The notes beneath the pieces are model-generated. The model was not told the origin of the DNA and searched no databases. It saw only the letters and a program-made list of their open reading frames with translations. From Glaucostegus cemiculus (Eukaryota), in contig CDPCPM010000043.1 of the NCBI GenBank assembly GCA_976551045.1, forward strand, positions 682,001-746,000: a stretch of DNA of 64,000 nucleotides, given 5' to 3'. The translations under genes and the position numbers were made by a program. This document shows, piece by piece, positions 1-13,915 of the stretch (its first letter is position 1; each line of letters opens with the position of its first letter).

Positions 1-856
1 CCGCTTGCACCCACCAAAAATGCTAAAGCTCATCCCTCATCTTGAAGTTAGTCTTCTTGTACTGTACATCTGGAATTTGTTATGATGGACAATAAATATC
101 AATAACAATGATTAATGCAAGCTTTTAAAGAGACATTGGAGCATTCCCTTTTTTAGAAAGTAAATTCCTTTCCTTTCTATATCTTATGTTTGTGCACATA
201 TGTTCTCACACACACTCATGCTTACACTTGGTGTAAATCTAATTTTTCATTCTGATGGTTGCACCATGCCAATAATAAATATTTTGTACAACACATACTT
301 TTTAATAGTCTAATAGTAAATCTGTGAGTTTAAAGACCTGCTATGAAAAGCCATATTTGTAATGGACAGAAGTGGAAAGAATGCTGGAGAATTCTGCTCA
401 CTGCTCATTTCAAGTCTCTTTGTTCAAAGATTTATTGGCCCTTAAACAACCATATGCAAGCCATTCATCGTACAGGGAGGGAGTGGTGAATGACAGCTTT
501 TCAACAATCATAATATAAACGCACTGATCAAAAAGCATAGAAATGAAGCGCGGAAAGGAATTTCTTTTAAATACAGCTTTGAATCGAAATGAATCAAGAC
601 ACAGCCTATTATTGTGACAAGCATAAACTCCCATTGATGTCTACAGTAGTTAGCACCATGTAGAAGCAAGTTAGCTGTTTAGGAAAAAGAGCTCATCCGG
701 AATTGAAGGACCTGTTATTAATTAACTTTTCTCTTTTGCTAATCATTTTACCTTGTATCTAGTGCATTATATTTTCTAAATTTTCTGTAATTATCTGACT
801 GCTTGTTTTTATTATCTGAAATTTCAAAGTTACAACTGGTTTCTGCATCAACATAC

Positions 857-990
857 AAAGAAATAACATTCTTATTCAATGCTTTTCATGATCTCTCAAA
901 GCTCTCTGCAGCTGATGAAGTACTTCTGATGTGTACTTACTGTTGTAATATAGTAAACATGGCAAACAATTTGCACACAGCAAGAATCTA
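857..990 (-). mobile_element. ancient Deu-domain SINE (SacSINE1/AmnSINE1-like) 3' remnant
   Basis: The reverse complement reads cttgctgtgtgcaaattg...ctatattacaacagt...agaagtacttcatcagctgcagagagctttg. It resembles the copies near 15.8 kb and 56.1 kb. Confidence 0.6.
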
Positions 991-1429
991 ATAATTTTTT
1001 TTCTCTGCTGCTGCTTTTCTTTGAATGGGACAGTGGGGGCTTTTACATATATTCCTGTTATTCATTTACCTTGAAAGAATAAGTGATCATTACTGCTTTA
1101 GAGACCCCCATTCTCATTTTTGTGACCAGATAAGGTTGGAATATTTTCAGATGCCGGCTGAAACATCTGAAATTGGAAGTTTGTTGTTGCTTATTTATTT
1201 TCCTCATTTCAATATTAATATACAAAAATTATATTAATTCCACCTAAATTATCAATATTATGAATAAAAATTCAGTGAATTGCCCTGAGAATTTTGATTA
1301 GTGGCAATAAATCCAAGTATTGAGATCCTTTCAAAAAAACCTAATTGTTTGTCCCTGACCTCTCTGATGCAGTCATTCTTAACCCCTGAATTAATGTGGT
1401 TTAGACTAAGATCTTAACCTATGTGTGAA

Positions 1430-1990
1430 ATTTAATTTACTGACGTTCTTTGAGGATGTCACCAGCAAAGAGGAGAAAGAAGAATCAGTAGATTTAGTGT
1501 ATTTGGATTTCCAAAAGGTGTTCAATTAGGTGATGCTGCTTAAAACACTTCTGAACAAAATAAAGGCTCATAGTCTTGTGGGTAATATTTTAATATGTAT
1601 AAATGAATGGTTAACTGACAGAAAATAGAGAGTAGGAATAAAATGGGCTTGTTCAGTTGGCAAACTATAAGAAGTGGGTGCACAGGTGGCGAAGACTAGG
1701 GAATTTACAATTTGTACTAATGTCTTAGATGAAGAGATGTACTTTTGTCCACAATGCAAAGGTGGGTAAGAAGGTGAGCTGTGGAGGAAACAAGCAATAT
1801 AGATGAACTAAGTTGGGAGAAACAAAGTGAGATTGAGTATAATTTTAGGAAACATGATGGAAAGAAAAGAATACTATTGAAATGGTGTGAGTCAAATGAA
1901 TAGCGATCTTCAGATGTCACAAGTAAACCGAAGGCAAGTGGGGTATTGGCCATTATTGCAAGAAGAATGGAGTACAAGGGAAGAGAATGG
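1430..1990 (+). mobile_element. decayed CR1-like LINE, RT fragment
   Basis: Translates LTFFEDVTSKEEKEESVDLVYLDFQKVF (CR1 RT YLDFQKAF motif), then breaks up with stops and deletions. Confidence 0.75.
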
Positions 1991-2788
1991 GCATTTTTTT
2001 TGACTTAAAGGAACTGAGGTATGTACCTGTTGGGATCAGCAAACTGGGACTCCAGAAAGATGAGGAACAATGAGTATGCTTACATTGTTATTGTGATATT
2101 TGCTGAAAGAGTATGCATGATATTTTCTGTCCACCTACTTTGGGGTATATTCCATAAGAAGGTAATGGTACAAGCCTAATGTATAATGTTCCATCTTTGT
2201 ATCTGGTGTTAATCTAATGAAATAAGAGTATTAGTAATAGGGTTCCAATGACTGCAGCATGAAATCGGTTGAAGTGCCTGACTGCAATGCCCTGTAGTGA
2301 GGTCAGAGAGATGATCACAAGCACTTGGTTCACAATGTGCTTCTTATCTTCAGTGCATGAGTCTTGTATTTGAATTTATCATTGGAGCCAATTCCAAAGA
2401 TAGAGTTAAGAGAAACTGTTGTAGGGTGGGGAAATTTGGACACCCTGATGATTACAGAGTATCACAGTGGTCCAGCTCATATTGACCTGATGAGAAAAGT
2501 CACAGTGGGAGAAAAGCTGGCTGTACAGGTTTCATGGAACCAAGACCTTCAGTGATGTGGATGCCACAAGTGATAAGAACCAGAACATGCAACATTCATT
2601 GATGGATGGCTGAGCCACTCTCCCTCCAGTTAGCTGGCTGTCAAAGATGATGAATGTTTCTGATGTACAGAAATATTTAAATGCAAGTTAAAATTATTGC
2701 AAAAATAAACTAGTAAGATATTTAAAAAATTAAAGTAATTTAAAATTAGAAATACTTAAAACATATAACACATAAAGGCATTCAAATT

Positions 2789-3078
2789 GGGCAGGCACAG
2801 TAGTGTAGTGGTTAGCGTAACACTATTAGAGTGCCAGTGACCTGGGTTCACTTCCGTCCGCTGTCTGTCTGTTCCCCCCATGTCTGCATGTCTTTCTTTG
2901 GGTGCTCCAGTTTCCTCCCATGTTCCAAAAATGTATGGGTTAGGAAGTTGTGGGCATGCTATGTTGGTGCCGGAAGTGTGGTGACACTTGCGGGCTGCCC
3001 CCAGAACACCCTACGCAAACGATGCATTTCACTGTGTGTTTTGATGTACATGTGACTAATAAGATATCTATCTATCTT
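2789..3078 (+). mobile_element. tRNA-derived V-SINE (HE1-like) with a Rex1-type tail
   Basis: A box tagtgtagtgg, B-box-like ggttcacttcc, V-domain gggtgctccagtttcctccca, and tail ttcactgtgtgttttgatgtacatgtgactaataa followed by (tatc)n. Homologous to 15107-15401. Confidence 0.85.
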
Positions 3079-4859
3079 AAACTGTCTTAACCAATTTAAA
3101 ATAATCATAATGAATTGATACATAGCCTTTTACAATTATTGTGTTCCGTTGAATTGAAAGGTGATGCTGGCCACTTTTTGTTGCAGCAGATTTCTCACCA
3201 TGAATATTTGGGAGTTATTGCATCATTGTGTTCCCATGTCCATTCACAAAACTACAGCAAACAGTACACTGCAACATCTGTACTTCTGCATGTGCACTGC
3301 AGTCCTGAGGTTGTAAACAGCTACAGGGGGAAATTACTGAGGAACTATTGATGTTTGCCTACAAAATCTCAGCCAACTTTCCTCAATGTATAGCATTAGA
3401 ATTCACTTCCAAGCAATTTTTCCAATGGTCAATCTTTCATGTTTGGTATAAAGCAATAGCTTGCCTAACTGAGTGTCCTTTCAGCATCCAGGAAGAGTAT
3501 TAGGCCAGTGTTCCAGATGTTCATGGTGCACTATTCACAGAAGTCCATCAGGGAAGTACTCCAGTTCTCTCTATGCAAATCCCTTCCTTGCTGTTTTGAC
3601 TCTTTGATCTGTGTTACTACCCTGCTGATGGTGAGGAAAATCAACTCTCACTGTACCAAAAGCAAATGCTTTTGACGAATCACCTTTGCAGCATAGAAAG
3701 AAATGTATGCATTAGACAGCTGTGGAAAAGACACTCTTTGGAACAGGTATATAGTTTTCATATACAGGTGGAAGACTGCCAAGCAATTTGCATTCTCTTT
3801 TGATATCAGACCTCAGTACTTATTAACATTTACTGATTGGGCCAGCTAGCCTATTTCTTCTGCAATTGCTGTGTTATTGCAATTTTGGGTAATAATTGCC
3901 GCAAAAGCATACCAGCCAAATGAACAACACAATTTAACTTTATTGTACCAGCATTCTGACTATGTAATGATGTCCATTTTTATAAATGCTGTTGAAAATA
4001 TAATGTACAAATGCTTACATGAATATAAAATAACCGTCAAAATGCCTGTGTGAATATTGCCACTGTACAATTAAACAGAATGAAATCTTTCTTTTTTAAT
4101 AAAGTAGTTGAATTAAACTTTCCTACATTATTAAATATTAACATTAAAATATTGAATAATAGAAACATTGGGCATTAGCTAGAAATTGTGCAGCTTTATA
4201 TCAAGCAGTGGTACATAATATTGTTCATAGTCTGGATTCAAATATGTGCTTTAATAAAAAGCTATACAACAGACTTTATGGAAGTCTATTGTAAAACACA
4301 TTGTCATTCTCTGTCAAATCTGTTCACTTTTGTATTTGTACCAAAATTCAAAACTCTAGAAATTATCACTAGCAAAATTAGTGGGTACATTTATAGCATA
4401 TTTATGAAGATTCCTTTTTACTTCAGCAAAAGCAAACTTGCACTTTAATTAAATGGCTTTGCATGTGTAATGGCATGCAGGACAATGGTACCCAAACTTT
4501 GCTCTCTGTGAAAGGAGTTGGGATGTTTTTTGAAGGTTGTTTTGAGCGAGACTATAAGTGGTAGTGAATTTCTACTAAATATTCAGATGTTTCACTAGGA
4601 TTTGTGCAAGATGTTACTTTATATTAAGTTATGCAATATATAAGTATAACAGCAAAAAGCTGCTCTTTTACACTACTGACATTCTCCTTTGCTATCTAAA
4701 AAGCAAGGAATTATGCTAAAGTATAACTCCACAGCAGATGACACCTTTTGAAATTGGAGTTAAATGAGCCCAGGAAGGGTTTCAGTAGCAATCTGTCATA
4801 CACTTGCTAAAGATCTCATTGGCACACTTTCTAGCAAAGGTCTTTGGAAGGCAGTGAAG

Positions 4860-5030
4860 AGCAGGGTTCCCAGTGCTGACTGCTACTACAAAATCAGGCC
4901 AATCCATTGGAGCTCAAACATTCCACTTGAGATCTATTAATCAGCACAAGCTAGTGATCAACCCTAACTAGCCTAGGGTTGTGGTCTGTGTGCTATAGAC
5001 TGAAACCAGGCAGTGCACCTTCTTACTGAG
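4860..5030 (-). mobile_element. possible LF-SINE-like ancient SINE remnant
   Basis: The reverse complement gctcagt...gtgcactg...agggttgatcactagcttgtgctgattaatagatctcaag...attggcct resembles the LF-SINE consensus as I remember it. Confidence 0.35.
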
Positions 5031-5109
5031 CATTGAAGTGTGAGATTAGAATTTTTTCATATTTTTTTCTGATCTACCTTCTGATTGATTCTTTAAAACT
5101 TTTTTTCAG

Positions 5110-5268
5110 TTCAACAATGCCGCAAAACCCGTAAGTTGTTTCCAACATCTTGTGCAAGCTAATGTGCGAAATAAGAAGGTCCTCAAAGATGCAGTTAATC
5201 AAATACAAGCAAAAGGAATTACTGATTATAAGAAAGGGTTTACGTTTGCCTTTGAACAGTTGTTGAAT
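5110..5268 (+). CDS. CACNA2D1: alpha2delta-1 exon (human exon 11 equivalent), VWA domain
   Basis: ttttttcag|TTC...AAT|gtaagt; 159 bp; [53 protein letters not shown]. Confidence 0.96.
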
Positions 5269-5679
5269 GTAAGTACAATTACTTTTATTTGAAATAATTA
5301 TGATGTTATTTTGACTTTTGTTCTGAAGTTGGACTGTTTATTATGCATGTTCAATTTTACAACAAGGGAATTAATGCAGTTGATTCTAGTAATAATTTTA
5401 AAGACTAAAGAAACTAAGGAAATAAAGATTTAACGTCTATTGTGTCATGTGAGTAGCAGGGGGTTGATTCAATTACTTTTTGTTCTGAAACATGCTGCAG
5501 TTTAAAATAAATTAACAAGGAATAATATGAGCCATAATACAAACAAATTATTATTCTCAAGATCCAGCAATCCCAGTTTTCAATCATCAGACAGCTCAGA
5601 AGGCCTATTCCTCAGCACATTGTGGGAGAATTATTCATTTATTCCATTCCCATGCTTTTCCCCCCACAGCATCACTTGA

Positions 5680-5900
5680 AAGTTACCATTGAATCTGTCT
5701 CTATCGTTCTTTCACAACAACTTGCTGTAGAAAGGAATATTCATAATGTCACTTCAGATTCTATTGCCATCTGTCTCATCTGGTTCTTGACCCGCCTCTG
5801 GAAACTGTACCAACTAATTTACCTGATTTTGAACACTTCGGTTAGATGTCCTTCTAACCTTCTCTGCTCAAAGGAGGACTGCTTCTCCAGCCTTTTCAAA
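5680..5900 (-). mobile_element. CR1-like LINE ORF2 C-terminal fragment
   Basis: The minus strand encodes KRLEKQSSFEQRRLEGHLTEVFKI, compared with the CR1 consensus LFSLEQRRLRGDLIEVFKI. Confidence 0.65.
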
Positions 5901-7057
5901 TTTAACACCAGTGATTCTGGAGACTTGTGTGTTCTTGTTGATTCGGCCATTGTTACAAGCGTATGACAGAGATATTTCCCTTTCGTCATGATCACTCTAT
6001 TTACCTTGATCATTAGTCCTTTATGCATACACTTAAAAAAAATTGAATTCCTGTTTATTTCCATCCTCTAATGGCCCAATGTAATAAAAAGGAAATGGGG
6101 TTTTTCAAATGTTTGGAAAAAAAATCTCCAGTGTTTTTGCGTTGCTTCAGCACTAATTTTAAAATAATATGTCTATGAATTAAGGAATTCTACTTGCACA
6201 GGTTCGAATGGATGTATGAAAGTGCATTTAAATGACCAGACTCTGCATTTAAGCTATAGTTGTAGTAATAGTTCAAGCAAAATCTCTTCACTTGGATGCC
6301 GCACTTGCATTGCAAATGTATTGTTAATAATAAAGGAAATTATCGGGATCTTGAGGCAAAGGTGGATTATCATTATCAATTTAGGATATACTGGTGCTGG
6401 AATCTTATCTATACATGGAATTAGAAGCTTGTTCTGATACAACACAGTCCAAAATGTAATTTTTTTCAGTTTATTTAATGGATGGAGAAGCCAGTCCACT
6501 CAATTCAGGTGCATGTATTAGTACAGCAATTCATTATTTTATATCTTCCGAGGGGGCATCATGAAACCTATGACAACTGTATGTGTACAGCATATAATTA
6601 CTTCCATTCACCGAATTGTTTATTGTCAAATGAATCAGTTGAGCAGGTTATTGTCTTTGCCTTGTCTGCCATAATATTGGTTGACAGCCTTCTGGAAGAT
6701 AACATGGTGGAATATGATATTTAATGAGGGCTGGAACACAATAATGGGACTTTTCTATTTGATTCCTAGCTTTACAATGAATTACTTGGATATTGGGGAG
6801 GTAAAAAATTGTTCCAGGCCATTTGAAACAAAACCTCACCAACAGGAATGGTGTGGAACATTAAACATGAAAGGAACATCTAGAGTAAAGCTCCAGCTTT
6901 GTAATGAAATCCCACGGTCTTGAAAAGCTGGATTGTAGATCAAGGTGTATGAAATGTATACCGTTATTTTCTTATGTCATGTCTGTGGCATGTCATGTGA
7001 TTTAAGGACCTTCTGCAGCGTAAAACTGAATAGATGTTCCCCATTGTTTCTTTGTAG

Positions 7058-7162
7058 TTCAATGTATCCCGAGCGAACTGCAACAAGATCATCATGTTAT
7101 TTACAGATGGTGGGGAAGAACGAGCCCAAGAAATTTTTACAACATATAACCAGGACAAAAAA
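7058..7162 (+). CDS. CACNA2D1: alpha2delta-1 exon (exon 12 equivalent), VWA domain with the MIDAS Asp (FTDGG)
   Basis: tttgtag|TTC...AAA|gtaagt; 105 bp; [35 protein letters not shown]. Confidence 0.96.
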
Positions 7163-8837
7163 GTAAGTACTTGTAAAACCAATTAGTTTTGATGCAAAAA
7201 TACCATGATGCTAATAATAGAAATTATTTTGACAGTATTGGCATAGATTGTCATTTCCCAAATTAAAACCAAATGAGTTTGGTGTAATAAGAAGCATTCT
7301 GTAATCCATTAATCTTTGCAGAAATTAATTTAATCCAGTCAAAGGGTTTTCTGCAGCCTCTATCTCAATCCTAGTATTATTTGGAATAACCAAGATACAA
7401 TGAAATGGGAGATTTGTTGTCAATTTGTTTCCTAGAGCTGGGTAAGTTATTTTAAAGGGAAAATTAAAGCAGTAACTGGAATTTCATTTTTTTAACCAAA
7501 ATTTTACAATATAGTTCTATAATTTATTTTTACAATTTCCCTCCTATTCAATTAGTATGCTTGTCAGTCAAATAATATTAGTTCAGTAACACTATCTAAC
7601 CAAAACAAGGCATCACCAATGTATTGGATGTGGATTGAGCAAATTTCACCATGAAGAAAAGTCTAGCCACCTATTCAGTCCGTACATTCAAATAAAGAGC
7701 ACAAACTCCCAATAACAATGGCTGAGTTTTGTGACGGAAAAATAGGTCACCACTGTTAAAAGCATAATCAGATGGTGAGCCAGTGACTGTATGTGTGCAG
7801 TTAAATGTGGAATTCAAGAAATTGCCCTGCTCCTTCAGAACCTTTGCAATAACTATTTCTTCCTCAGTAACTTGCAATGGAAACCCATGTATTGGTGTAA
7901 GGTTGCTGTAGATACCCACTGGGTTCCTACTTAATACATTAACAAAAATTAAACAATTGAATATGTATTTCCTTCTGATAGTCATCATTGCTGAATTCAA
8001 TTTTCTTTTTCCCTTTATTTCTATTGTTCATTTATTTTATCTTCTGTACCTGATTTGACCTTGAACTCACTGTTTTAATTCCTACTTTAGGCACTGCATG
8101 ACTCTTTAGTCTGATTAGTTGATGAGATACAGGTGTTTTTTCTGGTCACACTAGTCCAGGCTTCCCTGCAAAGGTGATGTACTAGATGGGCTCACCTTAC
8201 ACAAAATTCCTGTGCAAAGGTCTGCAGAAACCCCACAGGCAAGTGCAAGTGTAATAAACACTAGTTTGTTCTCGGCAGGCTGTAAACTACAGTTTTGTTA
8301 TTTGTCTTTTCTTTTGCTCTTTTACTTAGTTACATTCTTGGATTTGACTGATTTTCCAAGCACACAAAACTGTCTCATACTGCTCTTTGTCACCTTGTTA
8401 TTTTTTTAAACAGTTATTAAGATAGAACGGTTTATTACTGTTTATCTTATGTCAGGATAAGTCCATTAAATTAAGCACCTCTCAGTATTCAATTTCCAGC
8501 AATCTGGGTTCCATTCCAGACAAAGCACCTACAGTGGATAGTGCTGTTTACACACTACTTCAGCTGGAGATTTGATTGACATGCTGGTTGACTCATTATC
8601 CAGAAAGCAAGATGCACTTGTCATTTTGAGGCTTCACGTTCGTTTAAATTCCATGGGGTACCTGCAGGCCATCAGACGTAATCCAATGCAGTTTGTCAGA
8701 TTGGTTGGGATAGCTCAAGCAAGGGATGTGGGGTTGGTTCTTTAAGACGGTATATGGGAGCGGTCCATGTTCAGCAGCAACTCGGTTCTTCTTCTCAGCA
8801 CCTATAGAAAATGACTTCAGGGCATCGCTTGATATCT

Positions 8838-11165
8838 GGCAAATGTCAGGCTGGCACTGGAAGGAGCTGAGCACCCTGATCAGCAGTCATGAGACAGTGC
8901 ACCCTGATCATCATGGGGGACTTCAACCAGGCCAGTTTGAAGAAGTCTTTGACAAACTACCACCAACATCTCACCTGCAGACCCAGAGGATCCAACACAC
9001 TCAATCACTGCTACACCACCATCAAGAACACCTACCGTGCCATCCCGCACCCGCACTTTGGCAAGTCCAATCACCTGGCTATACCTCTACTCCCAACATG
9101 TAGGCAGGGACTGAAGACCGCAGCACCAGTGGTGAGGACAGCAAGCTGTGGTCAAGGGAGGTGGAGGAGCATTTACAGGTCTGCTTTGAATCGGTGGACT
9201 GGACAATATTCAGGGATTCATCTTCAGGTCTGAATGAATATGCCCTGGCCGTCACTGACTTCATCAAGACCTATGTGGATGAGTGTATTGAGAACATACC
9301 AAGTTTTCCCAGACCAGAAGCCCTGAATGATCTAGGAAACTCACAGTCTGCTGAGGGCTAGATCTGTGGTGTTCAAGACTGGCAGTCCAGAACCCTACAT
9401 AAGAAGTGTAGATTTGATCTACAGAGGCCATTGTGAGAGTGAAAAGGCAACTCCGTGTGAAGTTAGGTTCACAACTGCTGTGGCAGAGTTTGCATGCCAT
9501 TACTTCCTATAAGGTGAAACCTACCAGTATAAATGGCAGTGATGCTTCACTCCCCGATGAGCTCACTGCCTTTTATACACACTTTAAAAGGGAGAATAAC
9601 ACTACACCTGTGTAAATCCTCACAATATCTGGCGACTATGTGATCTCTGTCTCGGAGGCTGACATCAGAACATTCTTCAAGAGGGTGAACTCTCACAAGG
9701 TGTCGGGCCCTGGCAGTGTACCTGGCTGGGTACTGAAAATCTGTGCTGACCAACTGGCTGGAGTGTTCAAGGACATCTTCAACCTTTCACTGCTGCAGTT
9801 GGAGATTCCCACCCTGCTCAAAAGGGCAGCAATCATACCGGTGCCCCAGAAGATCAGGGTGAGTTGCCTCAATGACTCTTGCCCGGTGGCACTCACACCT
9901 ACTGTGATGAGGTGCTTTGAGAGGTTGGTCATGGCTAGAATTAACTCCTGCCTGAGCAAGGACCTGGACCTGCTGCAATTTGCCTACCACCACAACAGGT
10001 CTACAGTGGATGCAATCTCACTGGCTCTCCACTCAGCTTTGGAGCACCTAGACAACAGCAAAACATACATCAGGCTGCTGTTTATCAATTACAGCTCGGC
10101 GTTCAACACCATAATCCTCTCAGTACTAATCAATAACCTTCAAAACCTGGGCCTCTGTACCTCCCACAGCAACTGGATTCTCGACTTTCTCATCAGGAGA
10201 CCACAGTCAGTGTGGATCGATAGTAACATCTCCTCCTCGCTGACAATCAACACAGGTGCACCTCAAGGATGTGTGCTTAGCCCACTGCTCTACTCTCTCT
10301 ACACTCATGGCTGTGTGGCTAAGCACAGCTCAAACACCAGCTATAAATTCGCTGATGACACCAATAATGTTGGCAGAATCTCAGATGGCGATGAAGAGGC
10401 ATACAGGAGTGATATAGATCAGCTGGTTGAGTGTTGTTGCAACAATGACCTTGCACTCAATGTCAGCAAAACCGATGAATTAATTGTGGACTTCAGGAAG
10501 GGATGTTAGGAGAACACACACCAGTCTTCATTGAGGGGTCAGTGGTGGAAAGAGTGAGCAGCTTCAAGTTCCTAGATGTCAACATCTCAGAGGATCTGTT
10601 TTGGTCCCAGAACATTGATGCAATCATAAGTAAGGCATGGCAATGGTTCTACTTCATTAGGAGTTTGAGGAGATTTGGTATGTCACCAAAGACGCTTGCC
10701 AATTTCTACAGATGTATGGCAGAGGACTTTCTGACTGGTTGCATCACTGCCTGGTATGGAGGCTCCAGTGCACTGGATTGAAAGAGGCCACAGAGGGCTG
10801 TAGACTCAGCCAGCTCCATCACAGGCACAACCTTCCCCACCATTGAGGACATCTTCAAGAGGCGGTGCCTCGAGAAGATGGCATCCATCATTAAGGACCC
10901 TCGCCATCTGGGACATGCCCTCTTCACATTACCACCATCAGGGAGGAGGTACAGGAGCCTGAAGACCCACATTCAATGTTTCAGGAACAGCTTCTTCTCC
11001 TCTGCAATCAGATTTCTGAGCAGTTCATAAACGCTACCTCATTATTCCTCTTCTGCACTATTTATTTGATTTTGTAACTGATAGTAATTTTTATGTCTTT
11101 CACTGTACTGCTGCCACAAAACAACAAATTTCACAACATACGTCAGCGATAATAAACCTGATTTG
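8838..11165 (+). mobile_element. 5'-truncated Rex1/Babar-like non-LTR retrotransposon, inactivated
   Basis: Endonuclease C-terminus (IIMGDFNQ...GKSNH), RT (CPVALT, QFAY, GAPQGCVLSPLLYSLYT, KFADDT at ~10345-10362), C-terminal region and a 3' UTR ending aataaacctgatt. In-frame stops at 9613 and 10779 plus several frameshifts. Confidence 0.92.
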
Positions 11166-13262
11166 AAAAAACATGATTCTTCTCCTGTTCCCATTGAACT
11201 GGCCCATTCCTGCAGACAGTCATGATTCTGTTTACCAATTTTAGGAAGCTGATTTTAAGGGGGTGTATCTCCTGCACCAGCCAAGCCCTATAAATACCTG
11301 TTGGCAGACTCCTTAAGTAAAAAGAGAAAGGTACCAGCTGCCTTTCTATGTTAATGGGGTAAAGCTATGAATTCACTTATGATATTGTTAGAGAACTATT
11401 AACAAAAGGTAAGGCCACTCAATGCCATTATGATTATTTGTGTGAACTCTAGCTTGGCACCCAGCAGTTCAAGACTAGAAATGAGTTGATGAGAATAATT
11501 GGCACCTTAAATGGGAACAACGTGGGGCACTTTCAGGCTTCCTGTCCAACTAAGATCGAACTTCTGCGGAGAACTGATGAGAAAGAAAGAGGCTTTCAGA
11601 GAGTTTGCTAGTAAGAGTGGTATAGTTAGCTCTTTATCATTAATAACATGGTGCATTTTGTTGCAATTAATATTGCAAAATTGATTAAAATTCACTGCAA
11701 ATATTTCTATACTCAGTTATAACAATGTCTAATAAATTAGCTTGCTGGTTTATAGTTGGCTTTGGCTTCACCTCACTAGATTTCTTCACCTCTCTGTCTG
11801 GAAGTTAGAAAATGTACATGCAGTTGAGTGTGGGACCATGATGTTCAGGTAACACAATATGAGATTTAATTTGCCAGTGGACATGCTGCATCTCATTATC
11901 TCTGGCACCCAATACATCCATGCCACTTTACTCGATGTATCTAGATACTCAATATCTAGAAGTTCTGATGTAAGGTCAAAGAGTCATGCAGCAGGGAAAC
12001 TGACCTGTCAGCCCATTATGTCAGTGCCAGATCCCATTATCCAGCACTCAGCCCAAAGCATTCTGTGCCATGTCATTTCAAGAGCTTATCCAAGTGCATA
12101 TTAAATCTGTGGAAGTACATGCATTGACCCAAAACATTATCTCTGTTTCTGCTCAGATGCTGCTTGACCTACTGAGCAATTCCGACAGGATATTTTAAAA
12201 TCTTTACAAGTCTCTCTTGTTTATATAAGGGTACAGTATACTTATTGGGTTTCCACGATATGGGACTTTTCCTGGTCTGGCTGTGCGTTGGTACTCCTTC
12301 AGTCCGGGGGACTGATGGTTTGGGGATGGGCAGTGCCTTCTGTTGTGGAATTAACTTTATCCATCTATCCATCAACAATGCTGCTTTTCTGAACTTGCGT
12401 CAGATACAACAGAATTGCCATTGCACAAATTACTAAACTTGGTTAATGTCAGGACAAACATTCCACTAGTTTTGCACAGGACATTTAGTAGAAATAAAAT
12501 TTGCACAGTACTGTGAGTAAAGTGTCAATGAGAACTTAAGTAGCAAGCAGAGAAAAAATACATTTTGCCCTGCTGAAGAAGCATCCTACGAATAAATGAA
12601 TGAATGCCGTTTCAGATTTGGCTTTTAATCAGTAAGCTAACCATTTAATTTGAAACTGTCATCCAACCATTGTGACTTGATGCATTTATCCTTCTGAGCA
12701 TAAGCAAAATGTAAAGATAGAATAAAATGCCTCTCTCTAAAATGGGCAGAGACATTTAATACAAGCTGCCATTCTGTAATCATTTTGGCTCTTCCCAGAT
12801 GTGATGTTATGCTTGTTTTATCAGTTGGATTTATGCCCATTCTAAAACTGAACATGAACTTACTAACCTGGCAAACTGAAGACTTTTCCAGTAACTAAAT
12901 GTTTCAGAACCTTCTGTGTTGTTGCATATTTTGGGTCATTTAATAACTGGAAGCTTGATGTAGCCTTTGATGTTAAATGTGAAAAAAACAACAATTGAAG
13001 CCACATGGCCACTTTACTGTAACCTTTGAGTGAAAGCCAGAAGCACTTTAGTAACATTATTCGTATTTTGCTGCTTCCAAGTTAAACAAGCCCTTGGTGT
13101 AGTGATCACATTTCCATCTCTGAGTCAGGAACTGTGGTATTCAGAACACACCTTGTGCACCTGCTAAGTGTACAGTGGAATTCAAGATCTGATTTCTGGG
13201 TTGATACCTGGCAGGAATATTCAGACACATTTGGTGGGAGGGGTCCTTCCCCCTCCTTGTAT

Positions 13263-13500
13263 AGGGTGGCATGGATGCGTAGCAGTTAGCGTGATGCTAT
13301 TACAGTGCCAACAATTGGGGTTCAATTACTGCCGCTGTCTGTAAAGAGTTTGTCCATTCTTCCCATGTCTGCGTGGGTTTCCTCCAGGTGCTCCAGTTTC
13401 CTCCCACATTCCAAAGAAGTACAGGTACGTTAACTAGGGTATAATTGGGTGATGCGGACTCGTTGGGGTGGAAGGGTCTGTTACCGCACTTTATAGATAA
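13263..13500 (+). mobile_element. tRNA-derived V-SINE (HE1-like) with a CR1/HER1-type tail
   Basis: Same head and body as the 2789 and 15107 copies, but the tail reads ggactcgttggggtggaagggtctgttaccgcact. Confidence 0.8.
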
Positions 13501-13744
13501 AGTGTTTTTTAAAGTCCTGCAGCTCTCCCTTCATACTTAGCACCCCATTAGTTGGTAAAAATAGATAATTGTAGATGCGTTGATGTCATGGCCTTTCAGG
13601 CTGCTCATCCAACTCTTCACAGCATTCTCCAGATAAAGAGTTAAGATAAGATAACTGATCGACCCATTCAACATAATAGGCACTTTACAGATCAATATAA
13701 GAATTGTTAGTGCTAAATAAAATACAGTTACAGTACATCCAAAT

Positions 13745-13915
13745 GCAAAATACTGCAGATCCTGGAAATCTGAAATAAAAACAGAAAATGCAAGATATGC
13801 TCAACAGGAGGAGTGTATTGATGAATGAGAAGTGGGGTTCAATGCATCACGTTAGTGACCTACCCTCGGAACTGGTTCATTCCTGATGAATGGTATCAAC
13901 CTGTGATATTGACAT
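13745..13915. repeat. Penelope-like terminal-repeat fragments in inverted arrangement
   Basis: aaatactgcagatcctggaaatctgaaataaaaacagaaaatgc is shared with copies at 26.9, 28.9 and 32.5 kb. It is followed by a degenerate ctgatgaa hammerhead-like core. Confidence 0.65.

Noticed and set aside
6945-7166. 73 aa ORF overlapping exon 12 (likewise 57957-58139 over exon 22 and 16458-16643 over exon 13)
   Set aside because: These are wrong-frame read-throughs of real CACNA2D1 exons.
9640-10509. 289 aa RT ORF as a domesticated or active gene
   Set aside because: It is flanked by in-frame stops and frameshifts, 5'-truncated, and has degenerate motifs (FINYSSAF, NDSCPVAL). This is an ordinary dead LINE copy.
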